Shown here piece after piece: positions 53,450 to 63,333 of a DNA stretch of 64,000 bases. Numbering within the stretch: the first letter of the stretch is position 1; each line of letters opens with the position of its first letter. Source of the stretch: an uncultured delta proteobacterium (GTDB taxonomy: Bacteria > Desulfobacterota > Binatia > UBA9968); the NCBI GenBank assembly GCA_963847445.1, contig CAWJZV010000048.1, forward strand, positions 64,001-128,000, read 5' to 3'. The position numbers and the translations under genes are program-made. The notes beneath the pieces are model-generated. The model searched no databases and was not told the origin of the DNA. It saw only the letters and a program-made list of their open reading frames with translations.

Positions 53450-54478
53450 TTAGCGATAACGCTCATGAAGCTGTTGAATGTGGCGAATCAGCGGAGCGAT
53501 TTGGCTGTCCCTCGACCTGGCCGCGTCGCCAGCCGGGGCTGCGCCGGATTGCATGGCAGCCAGCACCGCTGCCACCGATCCGCGCAAGCCGGCAAGGTCG
53601 TAACCGCCTTCGAGAAGAAAGGCGATCTTGCCATCGGCGAATTTATCTGCGAGCCCGAGTAACCGGGTCGCCATGAGCGCAAAACCTTCGTCGCTCACTC
53701 CCATGCCGCCCAGCGGATCGCGCCGGTGCGGGTCAAAACCGGCGGACACCAAAATCCAATCGGGGCAAAATTTTTCCGCCGCCGGCCCGACGATATCGTG
53801 AAACGCCTGAGCGTACTCGGCATCGGCGCAGCCGGCGGGCAGAGGGATATTGATCGTGTAACCTTCGCCGGCGCCGCTGCCAACTTCGTTGGCCGCGCCG
53901 CTGCCGGGGTAAAACGGATACTGATGGGTCGAAATGAACAGCACCGAAGGATCGGCGTAAAAAGCGTCTTGAGTGCCGTTGCCGTGGTGCACATCCCAAT
54001 CCATGATGAGAATTTTCTTGGCGCCGTGCGTGCGCCGCAAATACTCGGCGCCGATCGCCATGGTGTTGAACAGACAAAACCCCATGGCGCGGTTGCGCAG
54101 GGCATGATGTCCCGGCGGCCGCACCAGCGCGAAACCGTTGCGGCAATCTTTGGCAGCGACCGCATCGAGCAGACCGATGAATCCGCCCACGGCCAATAAA
54201 CTGACAGCGAACGAATCGCGGCAAGTGATCGTATCGCCGTCCAAGGCGTAGCGGTTATGCTGCGCCGTCGCTTCGATCAGTTTGATGTGTTCTTCGCCAT
54301 GGGTCGCTGCGATATCGGCGCGCTTGGCCGGTTCGGGCGGCAGCAATTGAAATTTCGCCGCGTCAAGTTCACTGGCCAAGTCGAGCAACACTTTGACGCG
54401 CTCGGGCCGCTCCGGGTGGGACTCGCCGGGCTGGTGTTTCAAATATTCTTTATCGACTACCACCGCCGTCTTCGCCAT
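53450..54478 (-). CDS. Zinc-dependent histone-deacetylase-family protein
   Basis: HPERPER, RPPGHHA, GFC, DWDVHHGNGT, SAGFD, LEGGY. Confidence 0.95.
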   Translation of the reverse strand: MAKTAVVVDKEYLKHQPGESHPERPERVKVLLDLASELDAAKFQLLPPEPAKRADIAATHGEEHIKLIEATAQHNRYALDGDTITCRDSFAVSLLAVGGFIGLLDAVAAKDCRNGFALVRPPGHHALRNRAMGFCLFNTMAIGAEYLRRTHGAKKILIMDWDVHHGNGTQDAFYADPSVLFISTHQYPFYPGSGAANEVGSGAGEGYTINIPLPAGCADAEYAQAFHDIVGPAAEKFCPDWILVSAGFDPHRRDPLGGMGVSDEGFALMATRLLGLADKFADGKIAFLLEGGYDLAGLRGSVAAVLAAMQSGAAPAGDAARSRDSQIAPLIRHIQQLHERYR

Positions 54479-54601
54479 GGAAAGAACCTAACACCGACGC
54501 CCAGGCGCTGCAAAGCAATTTCGCCGCGATTCGATCGAGATCTCTCGCTGCACTCGGGACGACAACGTTCTTAGTGTTTTACTTGAAGTAATGATCCAAG
54601 T

Positions 54602-54800
54602 GAGCGGGTGTCAAACCCGCCCCGACAGTTAGGAAATCTTTTTGAGCCCTTTGCGTCCCGATCGCCCTGAGCTTAGCCTGCCCTGAGCTGAGTCGAAGGG
54701 TCGACGGACGCCGCTAATTTTCCGCTTCCAAATCTGCTTAGATTGCTTCTCTGCCGCGCTCTGCAACTGTCATTTCGAGCGCCGCGAGAAATCCCGTCTC
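54602..54800. repeat. Composite repeat, copy 3, plus a GTCATTTCGAGC element
   Basis: gcgggtgtcaaacccgc; ccctttgcgtcccgatcgccctgagcttagcctgccctgagctgagtcgaagggtcga. Confidence 0.8.
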
Positions 54801-54879
54801 GCTCCGCGCAACCAGGCTAAACAAGCGTTAACCGTCGCGCAATCTTGCGGAGCCGAATGAAATCGCTTAGCTTAGCTGC

Positions 54880-55158
54880 ATGTTTGGTATCGGCATGCCG
54901 GAATTGCTCATGATCTTGGGGTTGGCTTTGATCGTCCTTGGCCCCAAGAAACTGCCGGAACTCGCCAAGACCTTGGGCAAGGGTTTAGCCGAGTTTCGCC
55001 GCGCCACCGATGAGCTCAAGGATGAATTTCGCAAAGTGGAGGCCGATCTTGACGAGCCGCCACCGCCGGCCGAGCCGCTGCCCATCGATCCCCAACCGGC
55101 GCAACCCGCCGACACGCCGCAGACCGACGTCAATCCCAACGCCACCGAGAAAAAGTGA
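54880..55158 (+). CDS. Twin-arginine translocase TatA/TatB family subunit
   Basis: MFGIGMPEL...[14 protein letters not shown]. Confidence 0.93.
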   Translation: MFGIGMPELLMILGLALIVLGPKKLPELAKTLGKGLAEFRRATDELKDEFRKVEADLDEPPPPAEPLPIDPQPAQPADTPQTDVNPNATEKK

Positions 55159-55928
55159 CCACGCCAGACGGCAACGGACAGCACGCCGATGTCCAAATGC
55201 CCTTTACCTCCCATCTCGGGGAGTTGCGCTCGCGGCTGATCAAGTCGGTACTCGCCGTCGCCGTCGCGTTCTTCGGCTGCTTTTATTTCGTTGACACGAT
55301 TTTCGCGTTACTCGCCGCGCCCGTGCGGCGTCTCAATATCCCAGGGCTGACACTCATCGGCACCGGCGTTACGGAAGCGTTCTTTACCAGGATGAAACTC
55401 GGCTTCGCCGCGGCGCTGGTTGTCGCTCTACCGGTGCTCCTGTGGCAGGGCTGGCAATTCGTCGCCCCCGGCCTCTATGAACATGAGAAGCGCTATACGC
55501 GAAGCTTCGTCTTCGCCGGTTCGCTGTGCTTTTGCCTCGGTGCGGCTTTCTGTTATGCCATCGTCGTGCAACATGGTTTGAGCTTTCTACTGCATCGCTA
55601 TGAGGTCATCGGCGTCAAGCCGATGCTCCAAATCGGTGACTACCTTTCGACGATCTCCCGCCTGGTTTTGGCCTCCGGCGCCATGTTCGAGCTGCCGGTG
55701 ATCGCGTTTTTCACCGCGCGGGTGGGCCTGATCGACCATCGCTTCTTGATCCGCCACAGCCGCTACGCACTGATCGCCATCGCGCTCTTGGCGGCGATCC
55801 TGACGCCGCCCGATTTGATCTCGCAAATCTTGCTGATGGTGCCGCTCATGCTGCTTTACGCCTTGAGCATCGCCATCGCCTACCTCGCGCGCTTCCGGAT
55901 GAACCGGCGCGAACGGTCGGCGCAATAA
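55155..55928 (+). CDS. tatC: Twin-arginine translocase subunit TatC
   Basis: [28 protein letters not shown]. Confidence 0.95.
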   Translation: MTTPDGNGQHADVQMPFTSHLGELRSRLIKSVLAVAVAFFGCFYFVDTIFALLAAPVRRLNIPGLTLIGTGVTEAFFTRMKLGFAAALVVALPVLLWQGWQFVAPGLYEHEKRYTRSFVFAGSLCFCLGAAFCYAIVVQHGLSFLLHRYEVIGVKPMLQIGDYLSTISRLVLASGAMFELPVIAFFTARVGLIDHRFLIRHSRYALIAIALLAAILTPPDLISQILLMVPLMLLYALSIAIAYLARFRMNRRERSAQ

Positions 55929-55962
55929 ACGGCTCTTCCGGGTTTACTGTAAAGATGTTTTT

Positions 55963-56250
55963 CCCACGAAGTGAATCATGATCTTACGCACGCCCACGGA
56001 GAATGAAAATGAGGGAATTCCCTCCCTATGCCATCTGCTCGACTCGTCATTCCCGCGCACGCGGGAATCCAGGTTTGGTCTGCGTCCAATTAGCCTGGAT
56101 ACCCGCTTTCGCGAGTATGACGGAACCCAGGTGACCTCGTCATTGTGGGAGACCATCGCCTTACATGTATTTTCAATGGAGAACACGAAGAGCACGAAGT
56201 TCGGAGTCTTAATCATCCGAAACCTTCGTGTCCTTCGTGCCTTCGTGGTG
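55963..56250 (+). mobile_element. Composite non-autonomous repeat element, copy C
   Basis: Same outer repeat and insert ends as copies A and B, with a different internal palindrome cargo. Confidence 0.85.
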
Positions 56251-56364
56251 CACAAAACAAACTGAACGCTGGCACATTATCCGCAAAAAACCCGGAAGGC
56301 CCGAATAAAAAAGGGCGCACCCGAAGATAACGCCCTTGATCGCTGCGAATCTGAAAATGAGACT

Positions 56365-56916
56365 CTAGTTGTCGTCGTTGATGAACGCGCAGGCGGCAAA
56401 CACCGTGGTCCACAGACCGTCTTTGTTGCCGATGGCGGACTGGGTGATATTGGAAGTACGGACGATTTTCTCGGACATTTTGAACAGCTGCTCGCGCTCG
56501 TCCCAGGCGGTGTCGGGATTGAACTCGATGCCTAGAGTGGTCGCCAGCATGCTGGCGGCGAGATCCTCGGCGTAGTCGCCGGCCTTTTCGTCGGTCTCGC
56601 CGAAGGAGTGATGCTCCGACAGATAGCCGTATTGGCTCTCATCCGATGGAATCGCCACGCCCACCGAGGCGGCCACCAAGCGGTTGGGCTCGTTGGTGCT
56701 CTCGCGGTCGTAGACGCTGAACACAATCTCCCCGGGACGGAGCAGCTTGGCGCCCTCTTCCTTGGAAAGCCGTTTGCAGTAGGGCGGGAAGATGCTCGAC
56801 ACCAACACCAGGTTGCAATAAGCCAGACCCGCTTGTCGCAAAGCCAGCTCGAAGGACGCCAACTTTTCCTTGTGAACGCCAACACCTTTGGTAAAAAAAC
56901 ATTTTTTCGGAATCAT
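56365..56916 (-). CDS. Pyruvoyl-dependent arginine decarboxylase
   Basis: [18 protein letters not shown] self-cleavage site, [17 protein letters not shown]. Confidence 0.92.
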   Translation of the reverse strand: MIPKKCFFTKGVGVHKEKLASFELALRQAGLAYCNLVLVSSIFPPYCKRLSKEEGAKLLRPGEIVFSVYDRESTNEPNRLVAASVGVAIPSDESQYGYLSEHHSFGETDEKAGDYAEDLAASMLATTLGIEFNPDTAWDEREQLFKMSEKIVRTSNITQSAIGNKDGLWTTVFAACAFINDDN

Positions 56917-56987
56917 GGTGCGCTGCTATAACATGAAAGATATTAAGCTGACAAGAATCTGGCGGGGAAATCTTCGTGAAATTCGGC

Positions 56988-57496
56988 CTACTCGACGACC
57001 AACCAGCAGGGCGCCGCCCTCGACGGTGTCGCCCGGCTTCACTTTGATCTCTTTGACTTCGCCGGCGATGGGACTATGCACTTCGTTTTCCATCTTCATC
57101 GCTTCGACGATCACCAGCCCCTGGCCCTTTTCGACCTGGTCGCCCTCGGACAACCAGGACCGCGATGAATTTTCCCCGGCATCGGCACGGACAACCTTCT
57201 GACGCCCCTGGAGTTCGAGGCCGCCCTGGGCGCCGCCGACGCGCACACGCCGCTCATCGACCAGGTTAACGTGGTAATTGCGCCCATCGACCAGCACCCG
57301 GTAGTCATCGTCGGTGTTGTCGACTTCGATCTCGAAGGAGCGATTGTCGACAATCAGCGAATAGTTGGTTCGGCCGGTCTTCTTGCCGTCGACGATAAAC
57401 TCATTGCCGTCGACCGAGACCCGGTAAACCGACTTTACCGGTTTCCTCGATTTCGACGGTGAAGGTTTGATCGCCGAGCTTGCCGATAAACGCCAT
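56988..57496 (-). CDS. Biotin carboxyl carrier protein (frameshifted)
   Basis: PMPGK, EAMKMENE biotinylation motif. Confidence 0.92.
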
Positions 57497-57500
57497 GGGG

Positions 57501-59043
57501 CTAGTCCTCTAACGGCGCCAGCCGCGGTTGCCGGGCGCGGCCGACCGGCGCAATGACGCGCGCTGCTGGCGCCACTTGGACGGCTCGGCCGCGCCTTTGG
57601 CAAGCAAGCCCGATGGTCCGTTCCTGTTCGCCGTGCAGCGCCGCGATGGCCGCCGAGGCGAGCGCGATCTCCTTGTGCGGGTAGACTTCTTCGTTGGCCT
57701 TGGGATTATATTCTTCGTCGATAAACCCGGTGTTGACGTCGCCGGACATGAACCGGGGATGGCGCAAGATCCATTGATGAAACGAAATATTGGTCTTGAT
57801 GCCGCGCACTTGGTACTCGCGCAGCGCCCGGCGCATGCGCAGAATCGCTTCGATGCGATTCTCGCCCCAGGTGATCAGCTTGGCGATCATCGGATCGTAA
57901 TAGATCGACACTTCGGCGCCTTCGTAGACGCCGTTGTCGTTTCTCAAGCCCAGCCCTTCGGGCAGACGCAGACCTTCGATCCGGCCGGGGCATGGCATGA
58001 AGTCGCGCTCGGGATCTTCGGCGTAAATCCGGCATTCGATGGCGTGGCCGGTCTGGGTAATATGGCGCTGGCGCCATGGCAAATAACCGCCGGCGGCGAT
58101 TTCGATCTGCGCCTTGACCAGATCGATGCCGACCACCCGCTCGGTCACCGCATGCTCGACTTGCAGGCGGGTGTTCATTTCCAAGAAATAAAAATTCTGC
58201 TCGCTGTCGAGCAAAAACTCCAACGTCCCGGCGCCGACATAGCCGACGGCACGGGCGCCTTGAATGGCGATCCGGCCGATGCGCCGGCGCGTGCGGTCTT
58301 CCAGCCCTGGAGCCGGCGATTCTTCGATAACTTTCTGATGGCGCCGCTGGATCGAACACTCGCGGTCGTAGAGATGAATCACCCGGCCATAGCTATCGGC
58401 GAGGATTTGAATCTCGACATGACGCGGTTTGACGATGAACTTTTCGACATACAGACGCGGATCGCCGAAGGACGACTTGGCTTCCGAACCGACGGCGCGA
58501 TAGGCCGACGACACTTCGCGCCGTGAGCGCACCAGCCGTAGCCCCTTGCCGCCGCCGCCGGCCACCGCCTTTAACATGCAGGGATAGCCGATCTCTTCCA
58601 TGGTCTGGAGTACTTCCTCTTCGGAAGTGAGAATGCCGTCGGACCCCGGCACCACCGGCACGCCGGCGGCTTTCATGAGCTGGCGCGCTTTAACTTTGTC
58701 GCCCATCTGATCGATGACTTCGGGCGACGGGCCGATGAAGACGATGCCTTCGTCTTTGCAGCGTTGGGCGAACTTGGCATTCTCCGCCAAGAAGCCGTAG
58801 CCCGGATGGACCGCCTCGGCGCCGCTTTTCTTGCAGACATCGATGATACGGTCGATCGACCAGATAACTCTGCGCAGACGGCGCCGGACCAATCGCGTAG
58901 GCATAGTCGGCGTATTTGACATGCAGCGACTCGCGGTCGGCTTCCGAATAGACCGCAATCGATTCGATATCGAGCTCGCGGCAAGCGCGCGCGATGCGCA
59001 CGGCGATCTCGCCGCGATTGGCGATGAGGATTCGTTTAAACAT
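57501..59043 (-). CDS. accC: Biotin carboxylase subunit of acyl-CoA carboxylase (frameshifted)
   Basis: [45 protein letters not shown]. Confidence 0.93.
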
Positions 59044-59051
59044 GGACGGCA

Positions 59052-59157
59052 GACAGAGATTGGAGATAGAGATTTGAGATAGAGAATAAAGATAGAGAAT
59101 CGAGTTCGCCGAGCCTCTTGATCCGGTCTCTGTCTCTAATCTCTGTCTCGCATCTCA
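59052..59157. repeat. AGAGAT/ATCTCT 6-bp-periodic inverted repeat inside the carboxylase operon
   Basis: gacagagattggagatagagatttgagatagaga...tctctgtctctaatctctgtctc. Confidence 0.75.
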
Positions 59158-59159
59158 TT

Positions 59160-60712
59160 CTACAGTGGAATATTCCCATGCTTCTTGGGCGGATTGTGAT
59201 CCTGCTTGTTCTTGAGCATTTCCAAGGCGCGGATCAAGGTCGGCCGGGTGTCCTCGGGATAGACGATGCCGTCGACATAGCCCGACTCGGCGGCTTTGAA
59301 TGGATTGGCGAAGGTCTCGCGATAATTGTTGACCAGCTCGTCGCGGGTCTTGGCCGGGTCGGCCGACTTCTCGCAGTTCATCGCGGAAGACGATGTTGAT
59401 CGCTCCTTCCGGCCCCATGACCGCGATCTCGCCGGTGGGATAAACTAAATTGACATCGCCGCGCAGATGCTTGCTCGCCATGACGATATAGCCGCCGCCG
59501 TAAGCCTTGCGCGTGACGATGGTGACTTTCGGCACCGTCGCTTCGGCATAGGCGTAAAGCAACTTCGCGCCATGGCGAATGATGCCGTGATATTCCTGCT
59601 CGGTGCCGGGCAAGAAACCCGGCACGTCGACAAACGTAACGATCGGAATATTGAAACAGTCGCAGAAACGGATGAAGCGCGCCGCCTTCACCGAGGCATT
59701 GATATCGAGACAGCCGGCCAAGTGATTCGGCTGATTGGCGACAATGCCGATGGAGCGGCCGCCAATATGAGCGAAGCCGATTAGAATATTGCGCGCGAAC
59801 TCCGGTTGGACTTCGTAGAAATAACCTTCGTCCACCACCGCGCCGATCAACTCTTTCATGTCGTAGGGGCGGTTGGGATTGTCGGGGATGATATCTTTGA
59901 GTCGCTTGTCGCGCCGCAGCGGATCGTCGTTGGTCGGCCGAAACGGCGGATCTTCCTGATTGTTGCTGGGCAAAAAACTGATCAGCTCGCGGATCATCAG
60001 CAAGCAGTCCTTTTCGGTATTGGCGGTAAAATGCGCCACGCCGCTCTTGCCCGTATGGGTCTCCGCGCCGCCCAAGTCTTCTTTGGTCACCTCTTCATGG
60101 GTCACCGTCTTGATCACGTCCGGACCGGTGATGAACATGTAGCTGTTGGTCTTGATCATGAAAATGAAATCGGTGATCGCCGGCGAATAGACTGCGCCGC
60201 CGGCGCACGGGTCCCATGATCGCGGTGATCTGCGGCACCACACCCGACGCCATGACGTTGCGTTGGAAGATATCGCCGTAACCGGCAAGACTATCGACGC
60301 CTTCTTGAATGCGCGCGCCGCCGGAGTCGTTGATGCCGATCAGCGGCGCGCCGTTCTTGATCGCCATGTCCATGACCTTGCAGATCTTGTCGGCGACCAC
60401 GCGGCTCAGGCTGCCGCCAAAAACAGTGAAGTCCTGCGAGTAGACATAGACGAGCCGGCCGTCGATGGCGCCGTAACCGGTGACCACGGCATCGCCGAAA
60501 AATTTTTGTTTATCGAGACCGAAGTCGGTGCTGTGGTGCGTGCGCAGGCGGTCGATCTCGACGAAACTGCCGCTATCGAGAAGAATGTCGAGACGCTCGC
60601 GCGCCAAAAGTTTACCCTGTTCATGCTGGCGGCGCGCGCGTTCGGCGCCACCGCCAGCTTCGGCCTTGTCGTTAAGTTCGCGGAGTTTGTCGAGATTGTT
60701 AGCGATCGTCAT
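59160..60712 (-). CDS. pccB: Acyl-CoA (propionyl-CoA-type) carboxyltransferase beta subunit (frameshifted)
   Basis: [51 protein letters not shown]. Confidence 0.93.
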
Positions 60713-60908
60713 CGAGAGAAATTCCTTAGGCGCGAAAGCAAAATAGTTTCGCCAGCGAGTCGCGGCATCATAACAAAAGCCCTTGGGCTGTCAACCGAAA
60801 CGCGCGAATTCACGAGGAAAAACTTGCAGTTCCAGAGGCAACTTGTTAGCTTGAAGGAGTCGCATGAAGCCCTTCGTGGCGCTTGCGGACTGCCTGTTGA
60901 GGAGGATT

Positions 60909-60995
60909 CACCGCAGAGACACAGAGGTAGTAGAGTTTGTCGTATTTCTTGATTAAGCACTCTTATACTCCGCGTCCTCCGCGCCTCGACGGTGC
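60909..60995. repeat. CACCGCAGAGACACAGAG-type inverted repeat
   Basis: caccgcagagacacagag...ctccgcgtcctccgcgcctcgacggtg. Confidence 0.7.
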
Positions 60996-61067
60996 AATGC
61001 CAAGCCCGGCTTCAGACAAAAGCCTAAAAACCCATAAACCAACGCGAATCGAGCGCGATCAACAATC

Positions 61068-62262
61068 ATGTTCGAAGCGAAGGCAAAGCCGACAAACACC
61101 ATCGAGCGGCTCCGCGCCGCAACCGATCCAACTCAAACCGAACCAGGCGATTCTGCTTTACGCCGCCAGCGAAGGCGACGCCAACATGCTTTACGCCACC
61201 GGTTTCTTCGTGCCCGATCCGTTTATTTTTTTTCAGCACAAGAACCATCGCCACATCGTCATGAGCGATCTGGAGATCGACCGCGCCAAGAAGCAAGCCC
61301 ATGCCGACCGGGTTCTGTCTCTGTCGCTGTATCAGAAGAAGCTGCGCAAGCTCGGCAAGTCGCCGGCGGCGGTCATCGACATCGTCGATTTGATTTTTCG
61401 CGAGCGCGCCATTCGCTCGCTGATCGTGCCGGCGAACTTCTCCGCGCTTCTGTTGGACCAGCTGCGCGCCAAGGGCTACAGCGTGCAGATCAATCGCGAC
61501 CCCTTCTGGCCCCAGCGCGAGACTAAGAATAATCTCGAAGTAAAACAGATCACCGAATCCCTGCGCATCGCCCGGCTCGGCCTGGAAGCCGGCATCCGCA
61601 TGCTCAAACGGACCAAGACCAAACGCGACGGCTATCTCTATCTCAACGGCACGCGGCTGACATCCGAAATGCTCAAGACCGCGGTCAACACGACGATCAT
61701 GGCGCAAGGCTGGCTGCCGAGCCACACGATCATCTCGTCGGGCAACCAATGCGTCGATCCGCACCATGAAGGCACGGGTCCGATTCGGGCGAATACCTCG
61801 ATCATCTTCGATATCTTTCCGCGCTCCCAACACAATGGTTATTTCGGCGATTTGAGCCGCACCGTGGTGCGCGGCCGGGCGTCGGAAAAACTAAAAGAGA
61901 TCTACGCCACGGTCCAAGCCGGCCAGCAGATCGGCTACGCGCAGATCCGCGACGGCGTCAACGGCAAGGAAGTGCACCAGAATATTTTGCACATGTTCGC
62001 CGCGCGCGGCTTCCCGACTGGGAGAATCAACGGCCGCATGCAGGGATTCTTTCACGGCACCGGTCATGGCTTGGGTTTGGATATTCACGAGCCGCCGCGC
62101 ATCGCCCCGATTGACGCAGTCCTGCGCACCGGCCATGTGGTCACCGTGGAACCGGGACTCTATTACATCGGCGTCGGCGGCGTCAGACTGGAAGATGTCG
62201 TCGTGGTCAAGCCCAAAGGCAATCGCAACCTCACCGATTGCCCGCAGTTTTTAGAAATCTAA
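61068..62262 (+). CDS. M24 Xaa-Pro peptidase (start uncertain)
   Basis: PH, FDIFP, YFGDLSRT, HGTGHGLGLDIHE, TVEPGLY, GVRLED. Confidence 0.92.
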
Positions 62263-62293
62263 ATCGGCTAACTTCTCGCGTTGGAGTTCGCTC

Positions 62294-62998
62294 ATGACCA
62301 CCGAGCCACGCGAGCTCGCCGATCTCATCGCCGCCCTCGATCATCCCGACAAGCCGACGATCCGCGCCGCCGTCGATAAGCTAATCGCGTTGGCCGAGAC
62401 TTCCGAAACTCTCAGACAAGCACTCCACAATCGCCTCAGCGAAGCGGGTCACAGAAACTATTGGCCGGTCGCCTACATTCTCGGCCATCAAGCCCGGCCT
62501 TCGGGACTTGTGATTCGCACGCTGCTCGACGCCCTCGACCACCGCGAACCGGATATCCGCTGGGCCAACGGCCTACTGCTCGTGCGCATCGCCCACCAGG
62601 AACGCGCCGTGGTACCGCTGCTGATCGAGCTGTGTGAAACCGGCAGCGCCAATCAGAAACGCATGGCGCTCTACTGTCTGCGCGACTTAGCTTTGAACGA
62701 TGCTGAGAGTCGGCTAGCAATGTTGACGGCGTTGGAAGACAAAGAACCGACAGTCCGCGTCGCCGCCGCAACCAGTCTGAAAGTGAGAACCGATGTCGAT
62801 CGCGCCGTTCGGCAAAAGCTGCTAGCGACTTATTTGCATGATGCCGACGACCGCGTGAAGAACGTAATCGCCGTAACCCTGGCGAGTCTAGGGTCGCCGG
62901 ATGAAGAATTTATGCGGGCGTTGAACGAAGCGAGCCGGAGCGGCAATGGGCAGATCAAAAAGAGCGCCGACGCGGCACTTAAGATGCTGCAAAAATAA
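62294..62998 (+). CDS. HEAT-repeat protein
   Basis: Repeated L..ALD...P.IR.AA-like helical units. Confidence 0.8.
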   Translation: MTTEPRELADLIAALDHPDKPTIRAAVDKLIALAETSETLRQALHNRLSEAGHRNYWPVAYILGHQARPSGLVIRTLLDALDHREPDIRWANGLLLVRIAHQERAVVPLLIELCETGSANQKRMALYCLRDLALNDAESRLAMLTALEDKEPTVRVAAATSLKVRTDVDRAVRQKLLATYLHDADDRVKNVIAVTLASLGSPDEEFMRALNEASRSGNGQIKKSADAALKMLQK

Positions 62999-63044
62999 AA
63001 AGGCCCGCTACACTCGGCAGCTTGCGCGACCGGTGCAGCGGGCC
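62992..63044 (-). terminator. Intrinsic terminator of the small transcript
   Basis: ggcccgctgcacc...gtgtagcgggcc followed by tttttattttt on the minus strand. Confidence 0.8.
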
Positions 63045-63112
63045 ACTGCGGTGGCTGAGGGAGATTCTCAGGCTCTAGGCCCGAATCTCCATTCAGAGTC
63101 GCCGCCTAGAGC

Positions 63113-63154
63113 CTAAGTCTCAGCCACCTCACAGCCAGTACTTAAATCAATCAT
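63113..63154 (-). CDS. 13-aa peptide MIDLSTGCEVAET
   Basis: ATG lies 2 nt after the extended Shine-Dalgarno; TAG lies inside the hairpin. Confidence 0.55.
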   Translation of the reverse strand: MIDLSTGCEVAET

Positions 63155-63186
63155 GTCTGGACCACCTCCTTTCCCTGCTGATTATT

Positions 63187-63240
63187 AGTTTACGAAAGTG
63201 TTTTTTCTCTGTCAATAAAATAACGTAAAAAAAATAAATT
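63187..63240 (-). promoter_or_regulatory. Sigma70 promoter with AT-rich UP-like element
   Basis: TTGACA (63215-63210), 17-bp spacer, TAAACT (63192-63187), A/T tract at 63216-63240. Confidence 0.85.
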
Positions 63241-63333
63241 GATTCAAACGTTGCACTCACAGCGATCGACAACTCTAACGGCCTTGCTCGGCAAAATCCT
63301 CCAAGCATGACGGCAGACCGTCAAGTTTCGATT

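Larger units (their letters stand above)
62992..63180 (-). ncRNA. Candidate ~190-nt structured small RNA or sORF mRNA with extended 16S 3'-end complementarity
   Basis: Own promoter and terminator; GAAAGGAGGTGGTCCAG; nested long hairpin. Confidence 0.7.

Noticed and set aside
2665-60712. Dozens of frameshifts as mass pseudogenisation or programmed frameshifting
   Set aside because: They hit essential genes such as dnaB, are single-base, come without in-frame stops or decay, and show no shared slippery motif. This fits long-read consensus error.
63157-63173. 16S rRNA gene fragment
   Set aside because: Only 17 nt match, the flanks are not rRNA or spacer sequence, and the promoter and terminator point to transcription of the complementary strand.
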